From: a virus
Taxonomy: Duplodnaviria > Heunggongvirae > Uroviricota > Caudoviricetes
Strand: one strand, 5' to 3'
Length of the DNA stretch: 41,046 nucleotides
Virus record (IMG/VR): IMGVR_UViG_2529293060_000014
This document shows positions 1 to 9,607 of this stretch, in pieces (position 1 is the first letter of the stretch; every line of letters starts with the position of its first letter). Made by a program: the position numbers and the translations under genes. Under the pieces are notes generated by a model. That model did no database searches, was not told where the DNA came from, and saw only the letters and a program-made list of their open reading frames with translations.

Positions 1-483
1 ATGACGAAGAAAAAAGCACATAAACCTGGTTCAGCGACCATCGCGCTTAACAAGCGCGCCCGTCACGAATACTTTATCGAAGAAGAGTTCGAAGCGGGAC
101 TTGCCCTGCAAGGCTGGGAGGTTAAATCCCTGCGCGCAGGAAAAGCCAATATCAGCGACAGCTACGTCCTTCTGCGTGACGGAGAGGCATTTCTGTTTGG
201 CGCTAACATCACGCCAATGGCCGTGGCCTCCACGCATGTGGTGTGCGATCCTACCCGTACCCGCAAGTTACTTCTCAACCAGCGCGAACTGGACTCATTG
301 TACGGTCGCGTCAATCGAGAAGGCTATACCGTAGTGGCGCTCTCCCTGTACTGGAAAAATGCCTGGTGCAAAGTGAAAATCGGCGTCGCCAAAGGTAAAA
401 AACAGCACGATAAACGTTCAGATATCAAAGAACGCGAATGGCAGGTGGATAAAGCACGTATCATGAAAAACGCCCACCGTTAA
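1..483 (+). CDS. smpB: SsrA-binding protein SmpB
   Basis: 160-aa ORF with stop at 481-483; sequence matches enterobacterial SmpB as I recall it; lies directly upstream of the tmRNA gene as in E. coli/Salmonella. Confidence 0.95.
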
Positions 484-697
484 ACCTGCACTCCAATTAT
501 TGACCAGTTCCTCACCGCGCCTCCCTCTCCGGCGGCGCGAATGAACATCTTATTGGCTATCACATCCGACACAAATGTTGCCATCCCATTGCTTAATCGA
601 ATAAAAATCAGGCTACATGGGTGCTAAATCTTTAACGATAACGCCATTGAGGCTGGTCATGGCGCTCATAAATCTGGTATACTTACCTTTACACATT

Positions 698-1060
698 GGG
701 GCTGATTCTGGATTCGACGGGATTTGCGAAACCCAAGGTGCATGCCGAGGGGCGGTTGGCCTCGTAAAAAGCCGCAAAAAATAGTCGCAAACGACGAAAA
801 CTACGCTTTAGCAGCTTAATAACCTGCTTAGAGCCCTCTCTCCCTAGCCTCCGCTCTTAGGACGGGGATCAAGAGAGGTCAAACCCAAAAGAGATCGCGT
901 GGAAGCCCTGCCTGGGGTTGAAGCGTTAAAACTTAATCAGGCTAGTTTGTTAGTGGCGTGTCCGTCCGCAGCTGGCAAGCGAATGTAAAGACTGACTAAG
1001 CATGTAGTACCGAGGATGTAGGAATTTCGGACGCGGGTTCAACTCCCGCCAGCTCCACCA
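698..1060 (+). ncRNA. ssrA: tmRNA (transfer-messenger RNA), 363 nt
   Basis: Begins GGGGCTGATTCTGGATTCGACGGG and ends with the tRNA-like 3' arm GGTTCAACTCCCGCCAGCTCCACCA; length and sequence match E. coli ssrA from memory. Confidence 0.95.
1016..1060. repeat. attL core: 45-bp ssrA 3' end, first copy of direct repeat
   Basis: Identical 45-bp sequence ATGTAGGAATTTCGGACGCGGGTTCAACTCCCGCCAGCTCCACCA recurs at 35716-35760. Confidence 0.85.
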
Positions 1061-1071
1061 AATAAATCAAG

Positions 1072-1099
1072 GGGTTACGTGAAAGCGTAACCCTTTTTT
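1072..1099 (+). terminator. rho-independent terminator downstream of ssrA (prophage-derived side)
   Basis: Hairpin GGGTTACG-TGAAA-CGTAACCC followed by TTTTTT. Confidence 0.8.
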
Positions 1100-1183
1100 C
1101 TTTGGTAGTGGCGGCAAAATGGCGACAGACTTTTGCGTCCATCTTGCCTGTCGCCATCTTGAAATCATGCAAAGAGGTTTCAC

Positions 1184-1666
1184 ATGGAAGAACTTCACTT
1201 TGTTTACATCAATGCAAATGGTCGTATCGGTGTTCACTCTATACAGAGCATCAGTTATAGCGAAAATCATATACAGGGCATTTGTAAGAACACCGATCGA
1301 ATAAAAACCTTCCGAAAAGACCGCATTCTTAAACAGTACGATTCACCAGAACAAGCCATTCAGGAATGCGCGTCATTCCTCCCCGAAAGCTACTCACATC
1401 TCACTAAGCAGTCTGGTCCGAAAAAAAATACATTCGATGTGTGTTTCACCGGATTTAAGAAAGCAGATAAAGAAAGATTGGTTGATAAGGCGAATGAACA
1501 AGGATTAACGGTAAGAACCTCTGTAACCCAAAGCCTTCAGATGCTCTGTTGCGGTTACAATGCAGGCCCATCAAAAGTATCGGCAGCCAGGATGAAAGGC
1601 ACAATCATCATAGATGAGCCTGGCTTTATACATTTTCTTGAAACGGGTGAGATCCCAGATGAATAA
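1184..1666 (+). CDS. hypothetical prophage cargo protein with C-terminal BRCT-like domain
   Basis: 160-aa ORF with AAAGAGG Shine-Dalgarno 6 nt upstream of ATG; C-terminal ~75 aa (VCFTGFKKADKERLVDKANEQGLTVRTSVTQSL...GPSKVSAARMKGTIIIDEPGFIHFLETGE) follows the BRCT pattern of NAD-ligase C-termini; N-terminal ~80 aa unassigned. Confidence 0.6.
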   Translation: MEELHFVYINANGRIGVHSIQSISYSENHIQGICKNTDRIKTFRKDRILKQYDSPEQAIQECASFLPESYSHLTKQSGPKKNTFDVCFTGFKKADKERLVDKANEQGLTVRTSVTQSLQMLCCGYNAGPSKVSAARMKGTIIIDEPGFIHFLETGEIPDE

Positions 1667-1667
1667 A

Positions 1668-1694
1668 AACCTGCCGTAGCAGGTTCTCTTTCTC
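1668..1694. terminator. bidirectional hairpin terminator between convergent BRCT gene and ogr
   Basis: AACCTGC-CGTA-GCAGGTT stem-loop flanked by T-rich runs on both strands. Confidence 0.55.
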
Positions 1695-1911
1695 AAAAAT
1701 TCATATGCCCCTGACCACCTGGCAATGGATGTGGAGGAGCAGTAGCAATCAGTGCGGGTGTCACAATAAACCGGACCACTGTTTCATGAGTAACAAAAGT
1801 GCTCCCGCAGTTAATATTTTGGCACTGGCAGTAACGCTCTTTGGTGCTTTCAGTTACTTGAAAACTGCTCCTTGTGTGTGCCGCATGACCACACTTTGGA
1901 CAATTCATCAT
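1693..1911 (-). CDS. ogr: late-gene transcriptional activator, Ogr/Delta zinc-finger family
   Basis: Track ORF 1693-1956; probable start at internal MMNCPKCG (72 aa); CxxC...CxxxxC zinc finger and HPLP motif as in P2 Ogr; located after gene D as in P2. Confidence 0.8.
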   Translation of the reverse strand: MMNCPKCGHAAHTRSSFQVTESTKERYCQCQNINCGSTFVTHETVVRFIVTPALIATAPPHPLPGGQGHMNF

Positions 1912-1979
1912 ATCCAGATCCCTACCTTTGCTATCAGAATCATTGTAATGATACACAAAATATCAATATTGAGAACACT

Positions 1980-3080
1980 TTATTCCATTTCAAGATCATC
2001 AATCTTCACTTCGAGTTCAATACTGGTTGTAAAACCGTTATCCGGGCTGACGGTATGTGTCAGAGTCGTAATGGTCCATTCCGCATCATCTATCGGCTGT
2101 TTAAAACCACTGACCTTCACAGGCATTTCCGTGTAGAGATCTGCCCGCCCTTCTGCCAGTTGTAGCGAAAATGACGCAACGCCGCGTTGCAGGCGTTCCC
2201 ACTGCATTTTCGCCGCTCGTTCGGCGTTGCTCCGGTTGGCATAAGTGCGATTAAGTACCAGCACGTTTTCATCCGTACCCACCAGGTAATCGCCCTGCTT
2301 CGCTTCTGGCTCTTTCTTCTGCTTCTTAGTTCTGCGCTTACGCTTCACCGTGGTGCTTTCTTTCTTCGCAGGTTCGCGGGTATGCAACCAGCTGGCAATT
2401 ACGCCCGTGTAGGCTCCGCGATCTGCCAGGGTAAATCGGTGACTGTCGCCGTCCTTGCGTGTGATAGTGATCACTGGCAGAGGTTTACCAGTGGCGCTTT
2501 TGCCCTGCCCCTGCCTGATGAATAACAGATTGCCATTTTTCACCGACGCGATGGCACCGTACTGTCGCGCCAGCCGCATCAGAAAACTGCCGTCACTCTC
2601 ATTAGTCTGGTCTATATGCTCCACGGGCTTATCCGACAGGTCTTTACCCAGTGCCATCTTCAGCTTGTGCCGCACGGCTATTTCCTTCACCACTTCCCCG
2701 ACGGTGGTCTTATGCCACGATTTTTCACGGCGGGTATTCAGCGTTTCCCGAAAATCAGCACTTCGCGCCCGGATAGTCAGGCGGTCCGGTGCGCCAGTGT
2801 GTTCAATCTCGTCCACCGTGAATGCTCCTTTCGGGAAAAGCGGCTGCCCCTTCCAGCCCAGCGCCAGCGTAATGACAGCACCACGGCGCGGCAGCGCTAT
2901 TTTTCCATCGGCGTCGTCCAGCTCCAGATCAAGCTGGTCCGCTTCAAAGCCCCGGTTATCCGTCAGCGTCAGCCTCATCAGGCGGTTATCCAGCACAGTG
3001 GTGATATCCCTGCCCTCAATACTGATGCTGAATGCGGGAGTTTTGTTGCCTTTGTTAAGCAGTTCAGAGCTGAAATTCAC
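1980..3080 (-). CDS. D: tail protein D (late control / tail formation)
   Basis: 366-aa ORF in P2 gene order FI-FII-E-T-U-D-ogr; size and sequence character consistent with P2 gpD. Confidence 0.85.
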   Translation of the reverse strand: MNFSSELLNKGNKTPAFSISIEGRDITTVLDNRLMRLTLTDNRGFEADQLDLELDDADGKIALPRRGAVITLALGWKGQPLFPKGAFTVDEIEHTGAPDRLTIRARSADFRETLNTRREKSWHKTTVGEVVKEIAVRHKLKMALGKDLSDKPVEHIDQTNESDGSFLMRLARQYGAIASVKNGNLLFIRQGQGKSATGKPLPVITITRKDGDSHRFTLADRGAYTGVIASWLHTREPAKKESTTVKRKRRTKKQKKEPEAKQGDYLVGTDENVLVLNRTYANRSNAERAAKMQWERLQRGVASFSLQLAEGRADLYTEMPVKVSGFKQPIDDAEWTITTLTHTVSPDNGFTTSIELEVKIDDLEME

Positions 3081-3562
3081 GACAGCAGCCCTCCCACCGT
3101 TTTACCGATATCGCTTAAGGCAGACGTTGCCGTGTCCTGCAGATTATTCAGTTGCGTACTGAGATCACCGAACATATCGGACAGGGATTCATCCACCCGT
3201 TTGAGCGACAGGGTGAACTCAATCCGGCGCGGCATACCATCGCGGAAAAACTCCGTTTTAGTCTGATTTATTCCCTCAATCACATACATGCCGTAAATGG
3301 TGCCGCTGCCTTCAATCAGGGGCCATGCTTTCCCCTGTTCTGCCATCTGCTCCAGTGCCAGCAACGACAGCCTGCCACCTGTTATCTCCGGCATAAGAAC
3401 ACCGGAAAGCGTCAGCATGTCGTTGTCCGGCCCCAGAAACTGCGTGGACGGACGTCGGTTTACCCGGCTGTTTGCCGCATGTCGCCAGCTGCGTTGATAC
3501 TGCAGCTCCTGATACGGCACGGTGCGCAGCATAAACACGTACAATCCCAGCACCATCATCAT
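3077..3562 (-). CDS. U: tail protein U
   Basis: 161 aa; start/stop overlap with neighbours; position between T and D as in P2. Confidence 0.85.
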   Translation of the reverse strand: MMMVLGLYVFMLRTVPYQELQYQRSWRHAANSRVNRRPSTQFLGPDNDMLTLSGVLMPEITGGRLSLLALEQMAEQGKAWPLIEGSGTIYGMYVIEGINQTKTEFFRDGMPRRIEFTLSLKRVDESLSDMFGDLSTQLNNLQDTATSALSDIGKTVGGLLS

Positions 3563-6500
3563 GCGTCGTATCCCCCCTGATCGCTGTAGTTACTCCTGGC
3601 TTTTGCCTTCAGCCTGCGTTCACGTTCATCAAGCTGGCGGGCCACCTCCCGCGCAATATCCTGCGCACTTTGTCCTGGCTGCGTCTGGATGATGATCTGC
3701 GTCGGTGCCTCAATCCTGTAAACGGGCGGCACAGTGGCTGCGCGACTCACAATTGCTTCTCCACCTTTCGCGGGAAGTGCCAAAGGGTGCAACGGTGGAA
3801 GCTCTGCTGGCGCGGCAGCAACGCCCATCATTCCGGCGACAACCGCAGCCAGTGCAGCGGTATTTCTCCGGCTGGTCACGTTTGCCGGGCCGTTGACAAT
3901 TTCAGGCCCGTTTTCACCGACAATGCCAAACTGCCCGCGCGGGATATACCCGCCGCTGTCATACATCCCCGCAAAGCCATATCCCCATGATGGAAAACCA
4001 CCCGATGGTATCATCACTTTACCGTCTGCATTCACCGTCACAGGTTGCTGACGCGTCACGCTTTCCGGCAGTTTTGCCTTTGCGGCCTCTTTACTGACAA
4101 TGCCAAGTTTCTCCAGTAACCAGGAAACACCGGATTTCAGGGAGTCCAGCGGATGCATAACCATATTCAGCCCTTCCGCCAGTGCCTCCCCGAATCGTCG
4201 CCCCATTGCCGCTGCGCTCTGCAGTTCGGCAGAGGTCGACTTAACGGGCGTCAGCAGATCAGTAAACCAGCCCCACAGCGCCTGTACTTTATCGCCAATC
4301 CACTGAAATACAGGCTTAAGTGGTTCGAATGCTGCACTGACGGGACTAGCCGCCGCTTTGAATCCTTCCACCACGCCACCGAGAAATGCGTTGATGGGTT
4401 GCCAGTATTTCCAGACAACCAGTGCCACACCCGCCAGTGCAGTAACCACAAGACCTATCGGACTGAGCAGAGCACCTAACAGACCAGATATGGCATACAG
4501 GGCAACGCGCAGCATCGCCAGCGGACCGGATGCCAGTACTCGCAGCACCGCGCCTGCGGCAGCCAGTCCACCGCGTAGTGCTGCCAGTGGATTCATAAAC
4601 ATCACAACAACAGCACGTAAACCGGATAATCCAGACCGCAACAGTGCAACCGGCACACCTGCTACAGTTTTCAGGACATTCCCCGTCAGTGATGCCGTGC
4701 GGTGCAAAGACGACAACGGCGCAGTAAGTAAACCCGCTGCGTTGCCCGATGAAGCAAGCCCGCGTCGCAGCAGTGCCAGTGGAGCGCCAGCTAACCAAGA
4801 CAACGCTCTGCTGGTTCGTGTTACTGCTGCCGTAACGGAAGGTAACGTTTTGATACCCAGCACAGAGAATCCCAGACGGATGACTGCCAGCGGCCCCAGC
4901 ACTGCAGCCAGCGCCACCGCTAAGGTGCCGAGGCCTACGGTAACCGCAGCCACAACAGCCGCTACTTTCATCAGTGTGCCTGTCAGTTCCGGGTTAGCTT
5001 CCACCCAGCGGCGCAACGCCCCCGTGATGCTTTTCACCGTGTACAGAATATCCATCAGCGGCTGGCGCAGCGTTTCGCCCAGGCTGCTGAAGGTGTTCTG
5101 CGCTCCGGTTTTGACCAGCAACCACTGAGCAGAAAGTGAGTCTTTGTTGATGTCGGATTCTTTCTGCATGGAACCGAGCGCATCATTGCCCGCTGTCAGT
5201 TTTAGCTGGCGCTGCAGTTCCTGAAGGTTGTTTGCCAGTTTCGCCGCGTCATCACCAAACTCTTTACCAAACAACATGGTCATGGCAGACAGACGCTTGT
5301 CCTGCGGCAGTGCGTTCACCTTCTCCAGCACACGCTGGATAGTTCCCATCGCATCCTTCGTCATCTGCTTTTCAATCACTTCAGGATTGAGTTTCAGCAG
5401 ATTCATCCCTTCAAAGAAACTCTTGCTTTGCATGGTGGCAATGGACAATTCACGCACCATCGCGTTTGCTGCACTGGCTGCAACCTCCGGCGCAGCGCCC
5501 AGTGTCAGAAAGGTGGAACCCAGTGCCGCCGCTTTACGATAATCCAGACGGTCAGCCACACCGCCCAGACGTTGCATCACATCAATGATGTCCGCCCCTT
5601 TCGACATGGCGTTATCATCCAGATAGTTCAGCGCATCGCCGAGCTGTTCAATATTGCGGGTAGGTATTTTGTAGAGCTGGGCGATTTTCCCCAGACTTTC
5701 TGACAGTTCATCCGCTGGCAGCTCAAAGGCTGTTGCCGCCTTTGCTGCCGTACTGGCGAAGGCCAGCAGGTCACGTTTCTGGTCTTCCCAGCTGTCGTCA
5801 GGGTCTGCGACGTTCATGCGCGCACCACCTTCAACCAGTGCAGCGAAGTCCACCGCACCGTTTTCCATCGGCAACTGTTCGCTGGCAGCCTTGATGGCAT
5901 CCTGCATTTCATAAAAACGTGCAGTACGGTTTCCATTATCGTCACGCAGACCATTGACCTGCTTTGCCACACCTTTCATGGCATCTTCCATGCTGGTATA
6001 GCTTTTTACTGCCGCCATCACTGGCGTCCCCATTGCCAGCCCTGCAGCCGTGGTAGTGGCTCCGGCTCCTGCAATACGATCGCGCACCTCCAGCGAACGG
6101 GCATAACTGGCACGCGCCGCATTCATCCTGCGCTGAGCTTCACCCAGTCGCTTCAGCCGCGCCTCCTGTTTCGACAATTCCTGGTTATAACGTGATGTTT
6201 CACGGGCTAAACGGGCAGTTGCTCCCGCATCATCTTTCGCAGAAATTCCCGCCCGGTACAGTTCTGCACGCACAAGCGCCGTTTGCTTCTGCAAATATTT
6301 TTGTTGTTCTTCCAGGCGTTGGACTGCCAGCGTTTGCCGACCTAAAGCCACAAGGTGCCGTTGTGATGGTTGTTCCATCGCCTCCAGCTCAGAGCTAAGC
6401 AAATTAGCCTTCTGTCTGGCATAGTTCAGCCTGTCGCCTAACTTCTTGTTATCGGCCTGCAGCTTGCGAAATTTTTCCAGGCTGTTACCCGCCTGATTGA

Positions 6501-6636
6501 GTTGCTTTAATGCGTCACGGGAGTTTCTGATTGCACCAGCCAGCTCTTTCGAACTGGCCTGTGCAGCACGGAATGGGCGGGTGAGTTTGTCAACCGCATT
6601 AAGAATGACCTGCAGGCGCAGGTTGTTATCACTCAT
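3559..6636 (-). CDS. T: tail tape-measure protein
   Basis: 1025-aa ORF with coiled-coil N-terminus and Ala/Gly-rich hydrophobic repeats; follows E/E' as in P2-family tails. Confidence 0.9.
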   Translation of the reverse strand: MSDNNLRLQVILNAVDKLTRPFRAAQASSKELAGAIRNSRDALKQLNQAGNSLEKFRKLQADNKKLGDRLNYARQKANLLSSELEAMEQPSQRHLVALGRQTLAVQRLEEQQKYLQKQTALVRAELYRAGISAKDDAGATARLARETSRYNQELSKQEARLKRLGEAQRRMNAARASYARSLEVRDRIAGAGATTTAAGLAMGTPVMAAVKSYTSMEDAMKGVAKQVNGLRDDNGNRTARFYEMQDAIKAASEQLPMENGAVDFAALVEGGARMNVADPDDSWEDQKRDLLAFASTAAKAATAFELPADELSESLGKIAQLYKIPTRNIEQLGDALNYLDDNAMSKGADIIDVMQRLGGVADRLDYRKAAALGSTFLTLGAAPEVAASAANAMVRELSIATMQSKSFFEGMNLLKLNPEVIEKQMTKDAMGTIQRVLEKVNALPQDKRLSAMTMLFGKEFGDDAAKLANNLQELQRQLKLTAGNDALGSMQKESDINKDSLSAQWLLVKTGAQNTFSSLGETLRQPLMDILYTVKSITGALRRWVEANPELTGTLMKVAAVVAAVTVGLGTLAVALAAVLGPLAVIRLGFSVLGIKTLPSVTAAVTRTSRALSWLAGAPLALLRRGLASSGNAAGLLTAPLSSLHRTASLTGNVLKTVAGVPVALLRSGLSGLRAVVVMFMNPLAALRGGLAAAGAVLRVLASGPLAMLRVALYAISGLLGALLSPIGLVVTALAGVALVVWKYWQPINAFLGGVVEGFKAAASPVSAAFEPLKPVFQWIGDKVQALWGWFTDLLTPVKSTSAELQSAAAMGRRFGEALAEGLNMVMHPLDSLKSGVSWLLEKLGIVSKEAAKAKLPESVTRQQPVTVNADGKVMIPSGGFPSWGYGFAGMYDSGGYIPRGQFGIVGENGPEIVNGPANVTSRRNTAALAAVVAGMMGVAAAPAELPPLHPLALPAKGGEAIVSRAATVPPVYRIEAPTQIIIQTQPGQSAQDIAREVARQLDERERRLKAKARSNYSDQGGYDA

Positions 6637-7065
6637 CGTTGGCCCCGCTTCTCTGAATCGCTTTATACCGCCATTCCAGCACTTCGGTCAGCGGCATAAC
6701 GTCAGTAACGGATGGCGGCCAGTGAAAAATGGTGGCGATATCTGCCACCAGATCGTCAACCGTCAGGCTGTCGGTAAACCGGCAAGCACCGACTTCTTCA
6801 ACAAAAAAGTGACAACCTCAACCGACATGGCTGTGAGATCTGCCGGGTCCATCTCTGCGATTTCCTGTGCAGTCAGTGCCGGACTGGAGATGCGGGGGAT
6901 CACGGTCATCATCGCGTTCACATCCATATCCATAATGGCCTGCAGGCGTGTGCCGCGCAGCGCACCAGACTGCGGTTTACGCAACACAATTTCGGTAATT
7001 TCTGTTTTACCGCGCATGATGGGGGTATCCAGTTGAATGGTCTTTTCAGTCTGTTTATCGCTCAT
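6629..7065 (-). CDS. E+E' fusion produced by programmed -1 frameshift (inferred)
   Basis: After slippage at TTTTTTG (minus strand, plus-strand 6802-6808) the -1 frame stays open (VEEVGACRFTDSL...RSGANDE) and ends at a TGA overlapping the T start codon (ATGAGTGA); same logic as P2 E/E'. Confidence 0.6.
6763..7065 (-). CDS. E: tail assembly chaperone E
   Basis: 100-aa ORF upstream of T; contains the slippery heptamer T-TTT-TTG near its 3' end. Confidence 0.8.
   Translation of the reverse strand: MSDKQTEKTIQLDTPIMRGKTEITEIVLRKPQSGALRGTRLQAIMDMDVNAMMTVIPRISSPALTAQEIAEMDPADLTAMSVEVVTFLLKKSVLAGLPTA
6802..6808 (-). other. -1 ribosomal frameshift slippery site TTTTTTG
   Basis: Plus-strand CAAAAAA in the ACT-TTT-TTG codons of E. 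Confidence 0.6.
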
Positions 7066-7119
7066 TTTGTTGTCCTGTAAATTAGGTTCTGGCGCGGCAT
7101 TCCGCGCCGTTCAGATACA

Positions 7120-7635
7120 TCAGAGGCCGAGGGCGTTGCGGTGCGCTTCCATCAGGTCCACACCGTCCACAATTTCCACCATGTTGATAAGGTCCACTTC
7201 ATAGAGCACCTCACCATTGATGGTCAGCTTCGCGTAGCTGTTGGTACTGGTCACTTTGGTGGTGTTGCTTTCGCCCGTCTTCCACTCGCCGGAATCCACT
7301 TCTTTGTGACGTCCACGCACGACAAGCTCCACGGCCTGCACTTCCCCGGTATCGTCACGCTGGATAGAGCCGGTAAAGCGCAGCTGGATGCCATCCACCG
7401 TGGATTTGCCCATCTGCTTAAACAGCAGCAGTTCAGTACCACCAATGGAAAATTCTGTATCCAGTGCACTGTCATCCAGTCCCAGATCCACATCCACCGC
7501 CCCCGGCATACCGCCGCCGCGATACTTCTCATATTTGCGGGTGAATTTCGGCAGCGTCAGCGACTCAACGATCCCCTGCCAGTTGTTCCCGTCGTTAAAC
7601 AGGTTCAGATGTTTTAATTTGCGTGGTAAAGCCAT
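7120..7635 (-). CDS. FII: tail tube protein
   Basis: 171 aa, directly downstream of the sheath gene; P2 FII is about the same size. Confidence 0.85.
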   Translation of the reverse strand: MALPRKLKHLNLFNDGNNWQGIVESLTLPKFTRKYEKYRGGGMPGAVDVDLGLDDSALDTEFSIGGTELLLFKQMGKSTVDGIQLRFTGSIQRDDTGEVQAVELVVRGRHKEVDSGEWKTGESNTTKVTSTNSYAKLTINGEVLYEVDLINMVEIVDGVDLMEAHRNALGL

Positions 7636-7644
7636 GTTGTCCCC

Positions 7645-8817
7645 TTACGCGCTGACCTGGCTGGCGAAATTCACCAGGTACTGATCGGTGATGCGCTGGC
7701 GCAGCATCAGATTTTCAAGTGGCGGCATTGGCGTGTAGTCATAGTCGATGGTGAGTTTTCCGGCTTTCAGCGTGTCTTTGTCGTTCACCGACTCATCCAG
7801 CCAGCAATCACCACCAATGAGATACCCCTGACTGACCAGGCTGCGCATTTTGGCGCGGATACCTTCGATAATGTCGCGGGCCAGCGACGGGTTAAGCGGT
7901 TTATCCACCGCCCACATGTGTGCTTCTGCCATCGTGTCCATCAGCACCTGCGCCGTGCGGGTGTAGTTTTCGAAGGCAAAGAGCGGGTCATCACTCAGGC
8001 AGCGGGAACCCCAGAAGCGGAAACCGTCTTTACGCACAAGCGTGGTGACGTCGTTCTGGTTCAGCAGACCTGCATCGGTTGCCGGGTCCTGCAGATCCCA
8101 GAACACATCAGCAGAAATTCCGGTGACACCGTTCACGCCCACGTTGGACAGGCTTTTGTGCCATCCAGTCTGCTCATCAATTTTGGCGCGCAGACCGAGC
8201 GCACGAGCGGTGGCATATGCCGTTGCTTCGGCATTCAGCACCGTGTCCCAGCCAGTAAAGTCAGGCCAGATCAGCATCCCTTCGCGCTGGCTGAAGTTTT
8301 CGCGGTAAGTGATCGCCTCCTGCACTGTCTTGCAGCCATACGCTGACAGGTAAGCAAACCCACGCAGGCTTTGCGCCACGCTCAGCAACTCAGTAGCTAC
8401 CGCCTTGGTGTCGTGGCCTGGCACGCCGAGAATGCGCGGTTTAACGCCGAGCTGTGACTGGGCAGATAACAGGGCTTTCATACCTGTTTTTTTACCTTCA
8501 GCAGTCACTGCGCCGATGATATTGGTCGTGGTTTCTTCTTCCGTTTCACCCTGCGGCACACGCACAACAACGGTCACGGGTTTTGCCTGGTCAGCGATGG
8601 CATCCAGCGAGCGGGCCAGTGTGCCGGACTCACCCGCTTTACCGCTGGCAGTCAGCACATCAGTGATCAGCACGGGTTTATTAAGAGGAAACATTTTTGC
8701 ATCGGCATCATCGCCCGTGCAGACCATACCCACGATGGCGGTGCTCACCGTGGTAATAGATCGGGTGCCTTCGTTGACTTCAACAACGCGCACCCCGTGG
8801 TGGTAATCCTGAGCCAT
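7645..8817 (-). CDS. FI: contractile tail sheath protein
   Basis: 390 aa, first gene of the F operon; P2 FI is about the same size. Confidence 0.9.
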   Translation of the reverse strand: MAQDYHHGVRVVEVNEGTRSITTVSTAIVGMVCTGDDADAKMFPLNKPVLITDVLTASGKAGESGTLARSLDAIADQAKPVTVVVRVPQGETEEETTTNIIGAVTAEGKKTGMKALLSAQSQLGVKPRILGVPGHDTKAVATELLSVAQSLRGFAYLSAYGCKTVQEAITYRENFSQREGMLIWPDFTGWDTVLNAEATAYATARALGLRAKIDEQTGWHKSLSNVGVNGVTGISADVFWDLQDPATDAGLLNQNDVTTLVRKDGFRFWGSRCLSDDPLFAFENYTRTAQVLMDTMAEAHMWAVDKPLNPSLARDIIEGIRAKMRSLVSQGYLIGGDCWLDESVNDKDTLKAGKLTIDYDYTPMPPLENLMLRQRITDQYLVNFASQVSA

Positions 8818-8893
8818 AGTGGCGAACCTCCTGATTGGATTAGGCTTCGCCCTATGTTGAAGTGATTGTGCCTGACAAACAGCTAAGCGCAGT

Positions 8894-8911
8894 TGTACCG
8901 TTATTCATACA
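8894..8911 (-). promoter_or_regulatory. candidate Ogr-type late-promoter activator site (TGT-N12-ACA) for the FI operon
   Basis: TGTACCGTTATTCATACA centred about 86 bp upstream of the FI start codon; same spacing as the site upstream of O. Confidence 0.4.
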
Positions 8912-8959
8912 AAATGACGGTATTTGTCTGCTTGCAGGGATAATCAACATAATGCTGAT

Positions 8960-9532
8960 TCAGGGGGATTCATTGCTCTTATTTGCCGGAAATTTTCTAT
9001 AAATTGTGGAAACACCTACATCAAAAATCAGTGCAATACGCTGTCTTGATTCTCCGGCCTCGAGTAAACGTCCAATCTGTGCCCACTGTTCGGTGGTCAA
9101 CTTAGGACGGCGTCCACCTACTCTGCCTTTGGCGCGAGCTGCAGCAAGCCCCGCCCTGGTACGTTCAACTATCAGTTCGCGCTCCATTTCAGCCAGGGCA
9201 CCCATGACATGAAAAAAGAAACGGCCCATTGGGGTACTGGTATCAATACTGTCAGTCAGGCTTCGGAAATTCACGCCACGCTGGCGCAGCTCTTCTATCA
9301 GCGTAACGAGATGCCGCATACTGCGCCCCAACCTGTCCAGCTTCCAGACAACCAGAGTGTCACCTGCCGATAATGTCCTGAGCAGTTTTTTCAGTCCCGG
9401 TCTGTCGGACTTAGTGCCACTGATTTTGTCCTCAAAAATCCGCTCACATCCCGCGCAGTTCAGCGCACTACGTTGCAAATCGGTGTTCTGGTCATTTGTT
9501 GACACGCGTACATAGCCAATAAGCATGATCAA
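8960..9532 (-). CDS. site-specific DNA invertase, serine recombinase of Hin/Gin/Cin/Pin family
   Basis: 190 aa; N-terminal YVRVSTNDQ catalytic-serine motif, resolvase core and C-terminal HTH (GVSTIYRKF). Confidence 0.9.
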   Translation of the reverse strand: MIMLIGYVRVSTNDQNTDLQRSALNCAGCERIFEDKISGTKSDRPGLKKLLRTLSAGDTLVVWKLDRLGRSMRHLVTLIEELRQRGVNFRSLTDSIDTSTPMGRFFFHVMGALAEMERELIVERTRAGLAAARAKGRVGGRRPKLTTEQWAQIGRLLEAGESRQRIALIFDVGVSTIYRKFPANKSNESP

Positions 9533-9581
9533 TCCCCTGAATAAAAACCGGGGATGATGCCAGTTAGCCGTTATCTCTGCA

Positions 9582-9607
9582 TTTTCATAAACGTTGGTTT
9601 GGGAGAA
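9582..9607. repeat. candidate invertase crossover site (gix/hix-like), invertase-proximal
   Basis: TTTTCATAAACGTTGGTTTGGGAGAA, imperfect 26-bp dyad; right half resembles the GGTTTTGGATAA half-site of gix/hix as recalled; shares an 11-of-13 core with the site inside H. Confidence 0.45.

Noticed and set aside
4358-5128. 256-aa plus-strand ORF (and many others on the track such as 2455-3162, 12921-13307, 17892-18374)
   Set aside because: They lie antisense to or overlap well-supported phage structural genes in GC-rich DNA, where long spurious open frames are expected; no ribosome-binding sites or family resemblance.
3559-6636. Periodic Ala/Gly-rich repeats in the tape-measure gene as a possible CRISPR-like or satellite array
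   Set aside because: The repeats are imperfect, lie in a continuous ORF and have no spacer architecture; no CRISPR array was seen anywhere in the window.
9554-9589. ATG at 9554 as the start of an independent gene for the alternative fibre segment
   Set aside because: The first 12 codons read through the recombination site and there is no SD; the segment is more plausibly expressed only as a fusion after inversion.
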